A stretch of 40,839 nt of DNA from an uncultured Clostridia bacterium. GTDB lineage: Bacteria; Bacillota; Clostridia; TANB77; CAG-508. The stretch is from the NCBI GenBank assembly GCA_947624925.1, contig CANQMG010000003.1, forward strand, positions 1 through 40,839, given 5' to 3'. The position numbers were made by a program, and so were the translations under genes. The notes beneath the pieces were generated by a model. The model was not told the DNA's origin, made no database searches, and worked only from the letters and a program-made list of their open reading frames with translations. Below are positions 19,301 to 29,300 of the stretch, piece by piece (position 1 is the stretch's first letter; each line of letters starts with the position of its first letter).

Positions 19301-22300
19301 GTAGATAAAAATGGTGAATATGATGTAGAAATTGTAGACAAGGCTGGAAATGTTACATCACAAGCTGTTAATGTAACAAAAATAGATAAAGTTGAACCAA
19401 CTGTTCACGTAAATGTTCCAGATTTGAGAGCAAGTGTAGCAAAAACATTAACAGTTGATGCATATGATGGTTTATCAAAAGTAAAAAGTGTAACTGTAAA
19501 TGGAAATACACCTAACAAAGATAATGATAAATATACTGAAACAATAACAGAAAATGGAACATACAAAATTGCTGTAACAGATAATGCTGGTAATACAAAA
19601 ACTATAACTCAAACAGTAGAAAATATAGATCAATCTAAGCCAAATGTAACTATACAATCACCTGGAAGTAGATATATATTATCAAGTGAAAATGGAAAAG
19701 ATAGCAAAACATCAAAAATTACAGCAAAATTACATTCATATGATGAAAATGGAATATTAAAAACAATGTATATCTGGTGCCATGTAAAAGATGAAAAAGT
19801 TACATACCTTGGTAAAGATGGAAAAGAAAAAGATTTAACAGGAGTTACAAAAGGGGACGACGGAGCTTCAATTACTTCTGCAAATATATTAAAGGTACTA
19901 GATGCAGAAGGTGCAAGTGCTACTTGGCAAGAAGTAAATGAAATTACTCAAAACGAACTTGTGTTAGAGCAAGAATTTAAAGAAGCAGGATTATATGTTC
20001 TATTTGCTAAAACAAGAGATAAAGCAAATAACGAATATATTGCATATAAAGAATATGAAATTATAGATGAACCAATTACAAGTGTTACATATAAAGCAGG
20101 AACAGATGAAGAAACAACAGAAGATTTAAGTCAATTTACAGATAATAAGATAACAGAGCCTATGACAATAGAGTTAAAATATGATACTGCTGTAAAATCA
20201 AAAGAAGTAAGCTTTGACCATATAACATATTATGACCCAAATAAATTTGTAATAAGAAAAAATGGAACATTAGTGATAACTGTAAAAGACTGTAATGATA
20301 ATACATATGTAAAAACAGTAGATATTACTAAAATTGATGAAAATAGACCAATAGTTACAATTGAAGAAACAGGAAGAGAAGGAACAACTATTTCTTACAG
20401 ATTACATTGGAACAAAGAAGATATGAACTTTACAACTAATAATGTAATAGTTAAAAATGCAGAAAAATGTAATGGCGATGATGGATTTAAATTTGATGAT
20501 ACTGTTCAAAATGCTGAAGGTGAACCTGATGGAAAAACTGCTACATTAAAAGTTGACTATAAAAATAAAATAAAAAATAATGAGACAAAAGATGTAGAAA
20601 TATATATAAAAGCAGAAGATGCCTTAGATAATGATAGCTATTTAGCATATTATAGTTCAAGAGTAGATAGAAAAGTTCCAGAATTAAAAGAAATAAAGGT
20701 TTATGTTGATCCAAAAGTTGTTACTGTAAATTCAGATATAAGCAGAACAAAGAAAGATTACAACTCAGAAGAAACAATAACTATAGAGGCAATATTTGAT
20801 GAAGATGTTCAATTAACTGAAGATGGAAAATATCCAACATTAAATATATCTTTTGGTGATAATGAATCATTAGAAAAAGTACAAGACGGAGAAGTTCTAG
20901 GAAATGTAATAAAATATACTTATCAGATAAAATCTGGTGATAATGGAAAAATAAGCATAGACGAATTTTCAGGAAAAGTTAAAGATGATCAAGGAAACAT
21001 ATTAAACATACAAAATTATGGAAATATGAATGTAAATACAATAATTGCAGATACAATACTTCCATATGTTACAAAAGTAGATATAACAACAACTGATAAG
21101 AAAACAAACTTAAAAAATGATGATGAAATAACATTTGTAGTAAACTTTAATGAAAGTATCTATAAGAGAAATGAAAATAATGTAGAAAAAATAACTACTG
21201 TTCCTAATTTTAAATTTAAGTTAGGTGAGACAGAAAGAACGCTAAGTAATGGACAATTAAGTGAAGATGGAAAAAAAGTAACATACACATATAAAATAAA
21301 TAATGACAATGGAAAACTTTCATTAATGAGAGATACAGATAAAGCAAAAAATTCATTTGGAAGTTATGGAGATAGTATTGTTTCAGATATTGCAGGAAAT
21401 AAATTTACAGTTGAAAATAATGAAATAAATAAATATGGAATAACTTTAAATGGCGAAGATGTAACAGATAATGGAGATATTGATATTGAATCAGATTCAA
21501 CACCTGTAGCTATTGAAGATATAACAATGACAAATGCAAATGGACATGATGAATATCAAACTGGAGACAGAATAGATATAAAAGTTAACTTCACAGAGGA
21601 ATTATATACATCAGATGGAAAATTATTAACAGATGCTATAAATGAAGATGTAAATAAAAGAGCTTTAAATGGTGATATTAAATATGATGTAATAGATCCT
21701 GAAACAGGAAGTCTACTTGGATATATAATAGATCATGTTGATAGTGAAACTCGTAGAGAGATAAAAGACGAAGTAATATATAAATATCTACCTGACTTAA
21801 TATTAGATATAGATGGAAGAGATATTAAAGATGACCTTGAATTTGAAGATATAGAAAATATTGACGGAAAAACAGTTATAAGCTATTCATATGTAATAAA
21901 ATATGAAGATTATGGTGGAATAGAAGTTGAATCTTATGGAAATAAAGATATATATGATAAAGCTGGAAACAAAACTAATATAAATTATTCAGGAACAGAC
22001 TTTAATTATTATGAAAAAGATAAAGCAATATTTAATACTGGCTCAGTAAAAGTAAATAGAGTTAAAGCACCTTTTGTAAAATACATTGTAAAAGTACAAA
22101 ATGAAAGTGGAGAATGGATTGTAAAAGAAGGTGGAAATTACAAAAAAGGTGATAAAATTCAAATAGTTGCAGGATTTGATGGCTATTTAAGCAGTAATGG
22201 TGAAAAACCAAATGAAAAAAACAATTTAGAAGAATCATATAAAAACCATAATGCAAACTTATATTCACTTAAGATAACAGATGAAGAAGGAAACGAGCTT

Positions 22301-25300
22301 GATACCATAAGACCACTTACAGATGATCATAATCGTAATTCAAATGTTACATTAGCTGTAGGAAAAGAAAGACCAGCCAATAAAACTATTGACAAAAATA
22401 TGGTTATTACATATACATATGACTTAAATAAGGAGAATTTAGACTCAAATATTAAAGTAGGTATATATAACGAAGAAAACGGAAGTAAAGGTACATTAAG
22501 AAATTATAAAGATGAAACATATACTTATTCAAAAGATATATTAAGTAGTTTAGGAATTACTATAGATACAACAATGCCAAAAGCTACAGTAAATGATAAT
22601 GAACTAAAAGCAGGAGAAGAAGAAAACAGTAATAATACATTGGTAGATGAGGCAGATATAGAAGTTAAAGATATAGATATATCATCTTGGACATTAGAAA
22701 AACAGATAACAACTCAAGAAGGCCAAAAAGAATGGATAACAAGTAGAAGCGGAGCCGGAAATCCATATTACTTATATGTAACTACTCCAGGAAAATATAG
22801 ATTAACTTTAATAGATAAAGCTGGAAATACAACAATATATTATTTTGAAATAGTATCATCTAATGATGTTAAAGATGGAATAATAGGACAAAGCGAAAAT
22901 ACAGAAGATTATCCAAAAGAAGATGCACCACTTAAATTTACTGGATTTAATAAATACGAAGATGATGTATTAACTAAAAATGATGTTACAGTATCATTAA
23001 AAGAAGCAAACCATAAATTAAAAGGAGAAGAATCAGAAAATAATTCTTTACAATTACAAAATGGCTTAATAATATCAAAAGTAGAATATGTAGCTGAAGA
23101 TATAAGAATTCATTGGTATGAAGAAAATTATAATCCACAATATACTGAAGTAAAATTTGGTGAAACAACAACACTTTCAAATTTAGATGCAAGTAAAGAT
23201 TATACAGTAAAAGTAACAATAGTAGATACAGCAGGACAAAAACACGAAATTTACTACTATATAACAATAGATCAACAAAAGCCATTAGTAAAAGTAGAAG
23301 TTTCATTAGCAGATAGCACATTAAAAAATAATGATGATATCTATAAAGAAGGAACAAGATTAAATATTTCAGTAATAGTAAACGAGCCAATTTATAATGA
23401 GGATGAAAAAGCTGAAAAAAGGACTTTTGTTACAGCTCCTAAATTAAAAGTATATTTTGGAGAAGGAGAAGAGAAAAAACAAGGAACAGCAAGCAACGGA
23501 TATGCAGTATATCAATTTGGTTCTACATATATATATTCATATGCATATACAATTGGACAAGATGATAATGGACCAATAAGCTTAGAATTTGATAGTAAAG
23601 ATGTATATGATAAAGCTGGAAATAAAATTAATTTATTAGATGATAGTAAAGAGCCAGAACCTGTAGAAGAAGAACATCCAGAAGAGAAAAAAGAAGTTCA
23701 ACCAAGAGTAACATTTAAATATAATGATATTATAGCTGATGCAAAATTACCAACAGTAGATATTAAGTTATATAATGACGATGAAGAAATTACAACAGGT
23801 TATACAAACAAAGATGAACTTAAAGTAGAATTTATTTGGAGTGAAAATGTAACAGGATTTGATGTTTCAGATGTAAGCATTTATGGAATGGGAGAAACAT
23901 TAAGTGAATTTACAGGTCCTTCAGAAGACGGTACACATAAATACACAGCTAAATTAAATACAAGCAGTATTCAAGAGGGAACCATAAGAATTGGTATAGA
24001 ACAAAATGCAGTAAGAGATAAAGCTGGAAATTATAATGTAAGAAAAGAAATTTCTATTATAAAAGATAAAAAAGCACCTACTTTGGAATCACTTACAACA
24101 TATGCAGTAGAGCCATATAAAATTGAAGTAGATGATGAAGTAAGCCCATATAAAGAATACTATAAAGATGAAGAACAAGTTGTAGTTGAAGCTGTATTTA
24201 GTGAGGCAATACAAGATGAAGATCTTCCAACATTAAACCTAAAACTTGGAAAGGCAAATGTTAAAGGAGAAGTAGAAACAGAGGTTTCAGGAGATACAAT
24301 AACATATACTTATACTATAACAGATGGAGATAATGGAGAAATTTCAGTAGGAAAATTTGCAGGAACTGTAAAAGACTTAGCAGGAAACACTAAGAGAATT
24401 GCTGGTAAAGATATAGATGGTGAAACAGTAATTGCAGATACAACAGACCCAGTGCTAAAAACAGTAAATATTAAAACTCAAATAGATAGTACAACACAAC
24501 AACCAAAAACAAATGTAAAAGCTGGAGATACTATAACAATTGAGCTTGAATATAGTGAAAATGTGTATGATTTAGAAGAAAGTGAAGATAAACTTACAAA
24601 TACAATAATAAATTTGGCTAAAGATTTAATAAGTTCAGATTACTTTACATTATCAGATGAAGATGAAATAACAGTTGAAGAAAATAAAGTAATTTACACA
24701 GCTACAATAAATGATAATGTAAATGAAAAATTAAATACAGTAGGGTATAATGGAACTGTTTATGATATTGCAGGAAATGCTTTAACAGCAGAAACTCTAC
24801 CACAAGATACGAAAGTATTAGTAAATGGAAATGATGTAAATAATGATGGTAGTGAAGAAGGAAAAGGTGGAATAGTAGTAGATACTACAAAACCAACTGC
24901 AAATGAAAATTCAATAATAATAGATGCAGTATCAGATATACAAGGAACAGCACCATATTATAAAGCAGGAACAAACTTAACTATAAAAATTAGTTTAGCT
25001 GAAGATATTAAAGTTTGTGAAGGAAATGAATTACAAGGTGGAGTAAAAGTACAACCTATTACTCAATCTGAAATACACTTTGGAGAAGAAGTTTCTGAAG
25101 AAAATATAGGAAAAGGTAAACTAACATTTAAAGGATATGAAGATAAAACATTAATATTTGAATATACAATTGAAGATGGAGATAATGGAGACTTTAACTT
25201 AGTAATACCTGAAAATGCTATAGAAGATTTAGCAGGAAACTTAAATGATGAAATTACAATTGAATATGGAGAGCAAGCAGGAGATAAAAAAGGTGTTGTA

Positions 25301-27508
25301 GCAGATACAATAGCACCAACAATAAATTTACAAAGTGATATTCAATTAAGTAATGGTAGTGGTAATACATTTAATGTTACAGCAAACTTCTCAGAAGATT
25401 TGTATGATGTAAAAGATAATACTAGAACAACTTTAGATTTAGATAATGCTTTACAATTTATTTATACATATAATGGAACAGGAGAAAGAACATCTGTAAA
25501 AGCAAATTCTATAAATGGAAATAAAATTACATATACATTTAATGTAGAAGCTGATAAAGAAGTTGCTACAAGTAAAATAGAGAAAAATGGATTTACAGGA
25601 ACAGCATATGATAGAGCAGGAAATGGATATTCTATGAATCAAACATCTATATTTATAAGAAAAATTACAGTAAGTCTTGCAGATGATGAACAAACAAATG
25701 AATACAATAGATATAAAGCAGGAACAAAAATTAACATTGAAGTAGAATTAAATAAGGAAATTGCTAAATCACAGAATGATCCTACAATAAAAATAAAATT
25801 CGGAGATAGTGAAGAAGAACATGAATTAACAGGAAATATCTCTGATAATAAGATAACATTTGAATATACTATAGCAAATGGAGATAATGGAGAATTAAAG
25901 GTAACACAACTATCTGGAGTAGTAAAAGATGTAAGTTCAGGTAATGATGATACATTTGATTTGGAAGATATGTCTATAGACGGATTAGCAAGAGATACAA
26001 TTATAGCAGATACAACAGCTCCAATAGCCACAGTAACAGTTCAAAATGTTAATAATATAACAAATGCTGATACAATAACTTACAAGATTAAATGGAGCGA
26101 AGAAGTTATAGGATTTGAGGAAAATGATATCAAGGTACAAAATGGAACTATAATAAATTATAAATATGATGAAAATTCAAATGAAGCAACTATAGAAGTA
26201 TTAAAACAAAATGAAGGAAAACAGATTGTATTTATAGCTGCAAATGTATGTGAAGATCAAGCAGGAAATGAAAATATTAGAAGTGAAATAAATAATATAA
26301 CAATAGACACTACAGAACCTACAATAAGGGCAATAGTAAATGGTGGAAATTATGTTATAGATAGTAGTACACAAAAATCTAAGATAGAAACAAAATTAGA
26401 AATAAGTGAAGAAATATCTAGCTTAAAATACAAATGGTCAAAAGAAACTGCTGAAAATGTAGATATGTCAGATGCTACAGAAGTTGATTTAACAGACTTA
26501 GATATAAACGATATACCAATTGCAACAGAAATATCTGAAGAAGGAACTTGGTATTTATATATAACAGCAACAGATATTGCTGGAAATACTAAAAATGCTA
26601 AAACAAAAGCATTTAACGTAAAAGCATCAACAATTGAAATTACTCTAAGCAAGGAAGAAAAAACAAATACAGATATTGTAGCAAATGTAAAATACGGAGA
26701 ATATCTAACAGAAAAACAACTTCTAAGAATTGGAGAACAAGGCTCAGCAGATGCAAGTAAAATTACTGTTAAAGAAAATGGAACTGTACATGCAGAAGCT
26801 ACTGATGGACATGGAAATAAAGTAATAGCAGAAAAAGAGGTTACAAACATATTCAAAAATCCACCAGAAGTAAAAGTAACTGAAGATGCAGGAACAATAA
26901 CAGTAGAAACAACAGATAATGGAGCTGGTATAAAATCTACAACAGTAAAAGGACCAGACGGAGAAAATATAGAACAAAATGAGGACGGAACATATACTGT
27001 AACAGAAAATGGAACATATACTGTAACTGTAGAAGATGAAGCTGGTAATGTAGTAGAAAAGGAAATTGAAGTAAAAGATCTTGATTTACAAGTTGAAACA
27101 GATTATACTATAGTAGAAAAAGACTCTAAGAAATATATAAAGGTAAGTCCAAATACAACAGCTAGTGATATAATAAAGAATGTAAAAGTCTTGAAACAAG
27201 AAAATGCTACAAAAGAAGTTTATGACAAAGATAAAAAGGTTTCTGATAGTGATAAATTAAAAACTGGTGAAGTAATGAAAATTAATGGAGAAGAAACATA
27301 TATAATTGTTGTAAATGGAGACTTAAATAAAGACGGAAATATTTCAATATCAGATTTTGGTTTACTAAATGATTATATACTAGAAAGAAAAAAGAATTTG
27401 GAAACTGTAGTTTTAATTGCTGCTGATGTAACTAATGATGGTGAAATAACAATATCAGATTTTGGTAAATTAAATGCATACTTATTAGGAAGAAATGTAA
27501 GTTTATAA
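16352..27508 (+). CDS. Giant (3718 aa) secreted/surface Ig-like repeat protein with N- and C-terminal dockerin domains
   Basis: AAGGAG RBS; N-terminal hydrophobic helix; dockerin GDVNNDGEINKYD...AADINGDGILNNID (about 16706-16870); many IDKTxP...ENG.Y...DKAGN and Y.Y.I..GDNG...D.AGN repeats; terminal GDLNKDGNISISD...AADVTNDGEITISD dockerin (about 27317-27505). Confidence 0.88.
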   Translation: MKNKDTKKINLLLKKGKVAIPIVLIAIVMLLSFLLYNVGNNKNNLISKVEENQEALNSTEYIYRKNLKGYITNNNITIYPDRTPGIMEYNVRYVELQKKNAKGEYETYSNAENGKYQYLHGDVNNDGEINKYDAGLIWGYLAGQANLTEVQKLAADINGDGILNNIDYQIILYTTESREYIIGNPSTNGDNDKINDNFDNYNEMKFLKSDDARLVLRAYGGMSEDGEKNPQENKETLVIRMLADIDFDYKFTYEEVILYLRASANLEEDPLKDELKELCNKLGISTEYSEGDVKTAKEFIAEQISGIIELKKKINNALYYSDTNNQVMKLNMNKNLLPEIVEEGEYKLVTRRLKNANDGGNIKLRDKNGSKTQDFILNHSENAEEYEFVIDKTAPTVTGTSQNPNSDKWTNKNVTVTLTFDEDVKKSGDNEYSKSQDITITDNGTVNTTFYDKAGNSVNVPTTVTNIDRTPAVISARPSTMEDSKNLFLLITANDDGITQEQYITSDLNGNGKGNVTVYKNTDNTAMTLSSCDNNGNKDASDKNYTRCDITENGTYEVKVTDKAGNVTRTSIVIDNIDKTSPVYSVVYSTVDPTNGTVTATIYFSEEVKKENTNEFNTVFKEDFTSNGTSNKKFTDKAGNEITVNLTVNNIDKTEPNLTVTKKIEGSTEWTSENATLNIVATDSDIAFIKVNGGVISTNETEVNGIDYIVTENGEYKVEVIDKAGNVSAKKVTVSNIDKTPAVISVKPSTTNKTKSLYLLITANDDGITQDQYITSDLNTSGKGNVSVYRNSGSSTLTVNSSDGNGNTSASKKNYTKCEITENGIYEVKVTDKAQNITRKTILIDNIDKINPTEKVIYSEYGPTNNNVTATVYFSEPVSVSLDNKNSYSKQYFTTYTYDFSENGTKTLNYKDEAGNEKSVELNVQNIDKTAPNAPTITGNPTNWTNEDATLNITASDNDGGLGIAEIKVNGAIVSNTSPATYEVDKNGEYDVEIVDKAGNVTSQAVNVTKIDKVEPTVHVNVPDLRASVAKTLTVDAYDGLSKVKSVTVNGNTPNKDNDKYTETITENGTYKIAVTDNAGNTKTITQTVENIDQSKPNVTIQSPGSRYILSSENGKDSKTSKITAKLHSYDENGILKTMYIWCHVKDEKVTYLGKDGKEKDLTGVTKGDDGASITSANILKVLDAEGASATWQEVNEITQNELVLEQEFKEAGLYVLFAKTRDKANNEYIAYKEYEIIDEPITSVTYKAGTDEETTEDLSQFTDNKITEPMTIELKYDTAVKSKEVSFDHITYYDPNKFVIRKNGTLVITVKDCNDNTYVKTVDITKIDENRPIVTIEETGREGTTISYRLHWNKEDMNFTTNNVIVKNAEKCNGDDGFKFDDTVQNAEGEPDGKTATLKVDYKNKIKNNETKDVEIYIKAEDALDNDSYLAYYSSRVDRKVPELKEIKVYVDPKVVTVNSDISRTKKDYNSEETITIEAIFDEDVQLTEDGKYPTLNISFGDNESLEKVQDGEVLGNVIKYTYQIKSGDNGKISIDEFSGKVKDDQGNILNIQNYGNMNVNTIIADTILPYVTKVDITTTDKKTNLKNDDEITFVVNFNESIYKRNENNVEKITTVPNFKFKLGETERTLSNGQLSEDGKKVTYTYKINNDNGKLSLMRDTDKAKNSFGSYGDSIVSDIAGNKFTVENNEINKYGITLNGEDVTDNGDIDIESDSTPVAIEDITMTNANGHDEYQTGDRIDIKVNFTEELYTSDGKLLTDAINEDVNKRALNGDIKYDVIDPETGSLLGYIIDHVDSETRREIKDEVIYKYLPDLILDIDGRDIKDDLEFEDIENIDGKTVISYSYVIKYEDYGGIEVESYGNKDIYDKAGNKTNINYSGTDFNYYEKDKAIFNTGSVKVNRVKAPFVKYIVKVQNESGEWIVKEGGNYKKGDKIQIVAGFDGYLSSNGEKPNEKNNLEESYKNHNANLYSLKITDEEGNELDTIRPLTDDHNRNSNVTLAVGKERPANKTIDKNMVITYTYDLNKENLDSNIKVGIYNEENGSKGTLRNYKDETYTYSKDILSSLGITIDTTMPKATVNDNELKAGEEENSNNTLVDEADIEVKDIDISSWTLEKQITTQEGQKEWITSRSGAGNPYYLYVTTPGKYRLTLIDKAGNTTIYYFEIVSSNDVKDGIIGQSENTEDYPKEDAPLKFTGFNKYEDDVLTKNDVTVSLKEANHKLKGEESENNSLQLQNGLIISKVEYVAEDIRIHWYEENYNPQYTEVKFGETTTLSNLDASKDYTVKVTIVDTAGQKHEIYYYITIDQQKPLVKVEVSLADSTLKNNDDIYKEGTRLNISVIVNEPIYNEDEKAEKRTFVTAPKLKVYFGEGEEKKQGTASNGYAVYQFGSTYIYSYAYTIGQDDNGPISLEFDSKDVYDKAGNKINLLDDSKEPEPVEEEHPEEKKEVQPRVTFKYNDIIADAKLPTVDIKLYNDDEEITTGYTNKDELKVEFIWSENVTGFDVSDVSIYGMGETLSEFTGPSEDGTHKYTAKLNTSSIQEGTIRIGIEQNAVRDKAGNYNVRKEISIIKDKKAPTLESLTTYAVEPYKIEVDDEVSPYKEYYKDEEQVVVEAVFSEAIQDEDLPTLNLKLGKANVKGEVETEVSGDTITYTYTITDGDNGEISVGKFAGTVKDLAGNTKRIAGKDIDGETVIADTTDPVLKTVNIKTQIDSTTQQPKTNVKAGDTITIELEYSENVYDLEESEDKLTNTIINLAKDLISSDYFTLSDEDEITVEENKVIYTATINDNVNEKLNTVGYNGTVYDIAGNALTAETLPQDTKVLVNGNDVNNDGSEEGKGGIVVDTTKPTANENSIIIDAVSDIQGTAPYYKAGTNLTIKISLAEDIKVCEGNELQGGVKVQPITQSEIHFGEEVSEENIGKGKLTFKGYEDKTLIFEYTIEDGDNGDFNLVIPENAIEDLAGNLNDEITIEYGEQAGDKKGVVADTIAPTINLQSDIQLSNGSGNTFNVTANFSEDLYDVKDNTRTTLDLDNALQFIYTYNGTGERTSVKANSINGNKITYTFNVEADKEVATSKIEKNGFTGTAYDRAGNGYSMNQTSIFIRKITVSLADDEQTNEYNRYKAGTKINIEVELNKEIAKSQNDPTIKIKFGDSEEEHELTGNISDNKITFEYTIANGDNGELKVTQLSGVVKDVSSGNDDTFDLEDMSIDGLARDTIIADTTAPIATVTVQNVNNITNADTITYKIKWSEEVIGFEENDIKVQNGTIINYKYDENSNEATIEVLKQNEGKQIVFIAANVCEDQAGNENIRSEINNITIDTTEPTIRAIVNGGNYVIDSSTQKSKIETKLEISEEISSLKYKWSKETAENVDMSDATEVDLTDLDINDIPIATEISEEGTWYLYITATDIAGNTKNAKTKAFNVKASTIEITLSKEEKTNTDIVANVKYGEYLTEKQLLRIGEQGSADASKITVKENGTVHAEATDGHGNKVIAEKEVTNIFKNPPEVKVTEDAGTITVETTDNGAGIKSTTVKGPDGENIEQNEDGTYTVTENGTYTVTVEDEAGNVVEKEIEVKDLDLQVETDYTIVEKDSKKYIKVSPNTTASDIIKNVKVLKQENATKEVYDKDKKVSDSDKLKTGEVMKINGEETYIIVVNGDLNKDGNISISDFGLLNDYILERKKNLETVVLIAADVTNDGEITISDFGKLNAYLLGRNVSL
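17749..18900 (+). repeat. Internal duplication in the giant gene (810-bp offset)
   Basis: TPAVIS.(R/K)PST...LLITANDDGITQ.QYITSDLN..GKGNV...KNYT.C.ITENG.YEVKVTDKA occurs at about 17749-18090 and about 18559-18900. Confidence 0.85.
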
Positions 27509-27515
27509 TAAAATA

Positions 27516-27599
27516 TTGATTTTATAGAAATATTTGATTATAATATAGTTAATAATATTATAAAATAATTTAGGCAGGCATATTTTCTGCCTGCCTAAA
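27516..27599 (+). promoter_or_regulatory. sigmaA promoter plus 5'-UTR GC stem-loop upstream of the cohesin gene
   Basis: TTGATT-17 bp-TATAAT (27516-27544); 12-bp stem TTTAGGCAGGCA/TGCCTGCCTAAA (27569-27599) with no downstream U-tract. Confidence 0.6.
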
Positions 27600-27618
27600 C
27601 AAAGAAAAGGAGAGAAAT

Positions 27619-28440
27619 ATGAAAAAGACAATTAACGTAATATTATTTTTAATGCTCAGTTTAATTCTACTAACGACTACAGTATTAGCAGAAAACATAA
27701 CAGCTAGTATGAGCCCAAGTTCAAATTCTGTAAAAACAGGTGATACATTTACAGTATCTATTAATCTAAGTAATTCAGAAGGTTTAAATTCAGGAAAAGG
27801 AACAATAACTTATAGTAGTGATGTTTTAACCTTGGAAAGTATAAGTGCAGGAGATTCAACCGCATGGAGTCAACCTACTAAAGAAGATAATGGAAATGGA
27901 CAAGCTACATTTACAATAGCTAGGAATTCATATGATGTAAGTGGAAATAAAATTGTAACATTAACATTTAAGGTTAAGGAAAATGTAACAGTAGAACAAA
28001 CTGTTATTTCAGTATCTAATTTTACAGTATCAAACAGTAATTATGAAGATGTTGATGTTCCAGATGCAAATGTAACAGTTAAAATAACAAATGCTAATGC
28101 TGGAACTGGCAATGATACAGGAAACAATGGACAAGGTGGAAATACAGCAACTGTGGATCCAAGTGGTGTAGTAGATACAAATAGTGTAGCAGATCCAAAT
28201 AGTTCTGGAAATACACAAACACCATCAAATACAAACACAAATCAAAATGCAAATACAAATCAAAATGTAAATACAAGTAACAATAAAAATACAAATACAA
28301 ATTTAAATCAAAATAAGAATACAGCAAAAGGAAAATTACCACAAACAGGATTAAACTCAATATTACCAATACTTATTATTGCAGTAATAGCAATAGGAAT
28401 AGGAACATATGCATCATATAGAAAATATAAAAATATGTAA
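27619..28440 (+). CDS. Sortase-anchored single cohesin-like domain protein (LPQTG)
   Basis: Signal peptide; cohesin-like VKTGDTFTVSINL...ITYSSDVLTLESI...IVTLTFKVKEN; N/T/Q-rich linker; LPQTG, TM helix and basic tail RKYKNM. Confidence 0.8.
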   Translation: MKKTINVILFLMLSLILLTTTVLAENITASMSPSSNSVKTGDTFTVSINLSNSEGLNSGKGTITYSSDVLTLESISAGDSTAWSQPTKEDNGNGQATFTIARNSYDVSGNKIVTLTFKVKENVTVEQTVISVSNFTVSNSNYEDVDVPDANVTVKITNANAGTGNDTGNNGQGGNTATVDPSGVVDTNSVADPNSSGNTQTPSNTNTNQNANTNQNVNTSNNKNTNTNLNQNKNTAKGKLPQTGLNSILPILIIAVIAIGIGTYASYRKYKNM

Positions 28441-28451
28441 ATAAAATTTAT

Positions 28452-28492
28452 AATAAATGGGGGTAGATTATGATTCTACTCTCTTTATTTTT
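28452..28492 (+). terminator. Intrinsic terminator
   Basis: GGGGTAGA...TCTACTCT stem followed by a T-rich tract. Confidence 0.6.
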
Positions 28493-28570
28493 CTTATAAA
28501 ATTCTCTATTATTTTTTCAAGGCAAATCGCCCAAAATTTTCAAAAAAATAAAATATATTTTAGAAAGATA

Positions 28571-28599
28571 TTGAATTTAGATAACAAATGTGTTATCAT
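28571..28599 (+). promoter_or_regulatory. TA operon promoter with palindromic operator
   Basis: TTGAAT-17 bp-TATCAT; GATAACA-N4-TGTTATC (28580-28597) overlaps the spacer and -10. Confidence 0.7.
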
Positions 28600-28627
28600 A
28601 TAAATACAATATAAAAGGTACAATAAA

Positions 28628-28990
28628 ATGTATAAAATAATTTTTTATCAAAATATTAAAGGATATAGTGAAGTAGAAGAATATATCAAAGAGCTAAGAG
28701 ACAGTAAAAATAAAAATTGCAGAATACAGCTAACTAAAATAACAGCATACTTAAACCTTTTATCTGAAAAAGGGTTATCAATAGGAGAGCCATATATAAA
28801 ACATCTTAAAGGAGATATATGGGAATTAAGACCTATAAGAAATAGAATACTTTTTGCTAATTTTAATAATAATAAATTTATATTATTAAGCAAATTTATA
28901 AAGCAAACTCAAAAAACACCTAAAAAAGAAATCGAAAAAGCAGAAACCTATTTAAAAGATTATAAAACAAGGAGGCAAAATTATGAGTGA
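28628..28990 (+). CDS. RelE/ParE-superfamily toxin (Gp49/HigB-like)
   Basis: G..IGEPYIKHL.GDIWELRP...RILF...F.K.TQKTPKKEIEKA. Confidence 0.88.
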   Translation: MYKIIFYQNIKGYSEVEEYIKELRDSKNKNCRIQLTKITAYLNLLSEKGLSIGEPYIKHLKGDIWELRPIRNRILFANFNNNKFILLSKFIKQTQKTPKKEIEKAETYLKDYKTRRQNYE

Positions 28991-29288
28991 GAAAGAATTA
29001 ACTTGGGAAGAAGTTAAAAAAAGTTTAAAATTTACACCTAATGAAGAAGCTGAAATACAGCTAGAAATGGATATAATTGAAGCAACAATTGCAGCTCGTA
29101 AGGAAAATAATCTTACTCAAAGAGAGCTAAGTGCAAAAAGTGGTATAAAGCAACCGGTTATTGCTAGAATTGAAAAGTTTATTAATTCACCTCAAACTAA
29201 TACCCTTATAAAACTTTTATATCCAATGGGGTATACAATAAAAGTAGTCCCACTAGATAAAACATTAAAGAGTAAAAATAATAAATAA
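28983..29288 (+). CDS. XRE-family HTH antitoxin (HigA-like)
   Basis: ARKENNLTQRELSAKSGIKQPVIARIE..P...TLIKLL; overlaps the toxin stop; toxin-first order. Confidence 0.88.
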   Translation: MSEKELTWEEVKKSLKFTPNEEAEIQLEMDIIEATIAARKENNLTQRELSAKSGIKQPVIARIEKFINSPQTNTLIKLLYPMGYTIKVVPLDKTLKSKNNK

Positions 29289-29300
29289 TTTATAAAAAAA

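Noticed and set aside
16352-27508. Giant protein as a cellulosomal enzyme, scaffoldin or RTX/Rhs toxin
   Set aside because: No recognisable glycoside hydrolase, cohesin array, GGxGxD or YD repeats.
28225-28325. AATACAAA-type repeats in the cohesin gene
   Set aside because: They encode the low-complexity Asn/Thr/Gln linker and are not a separate element.
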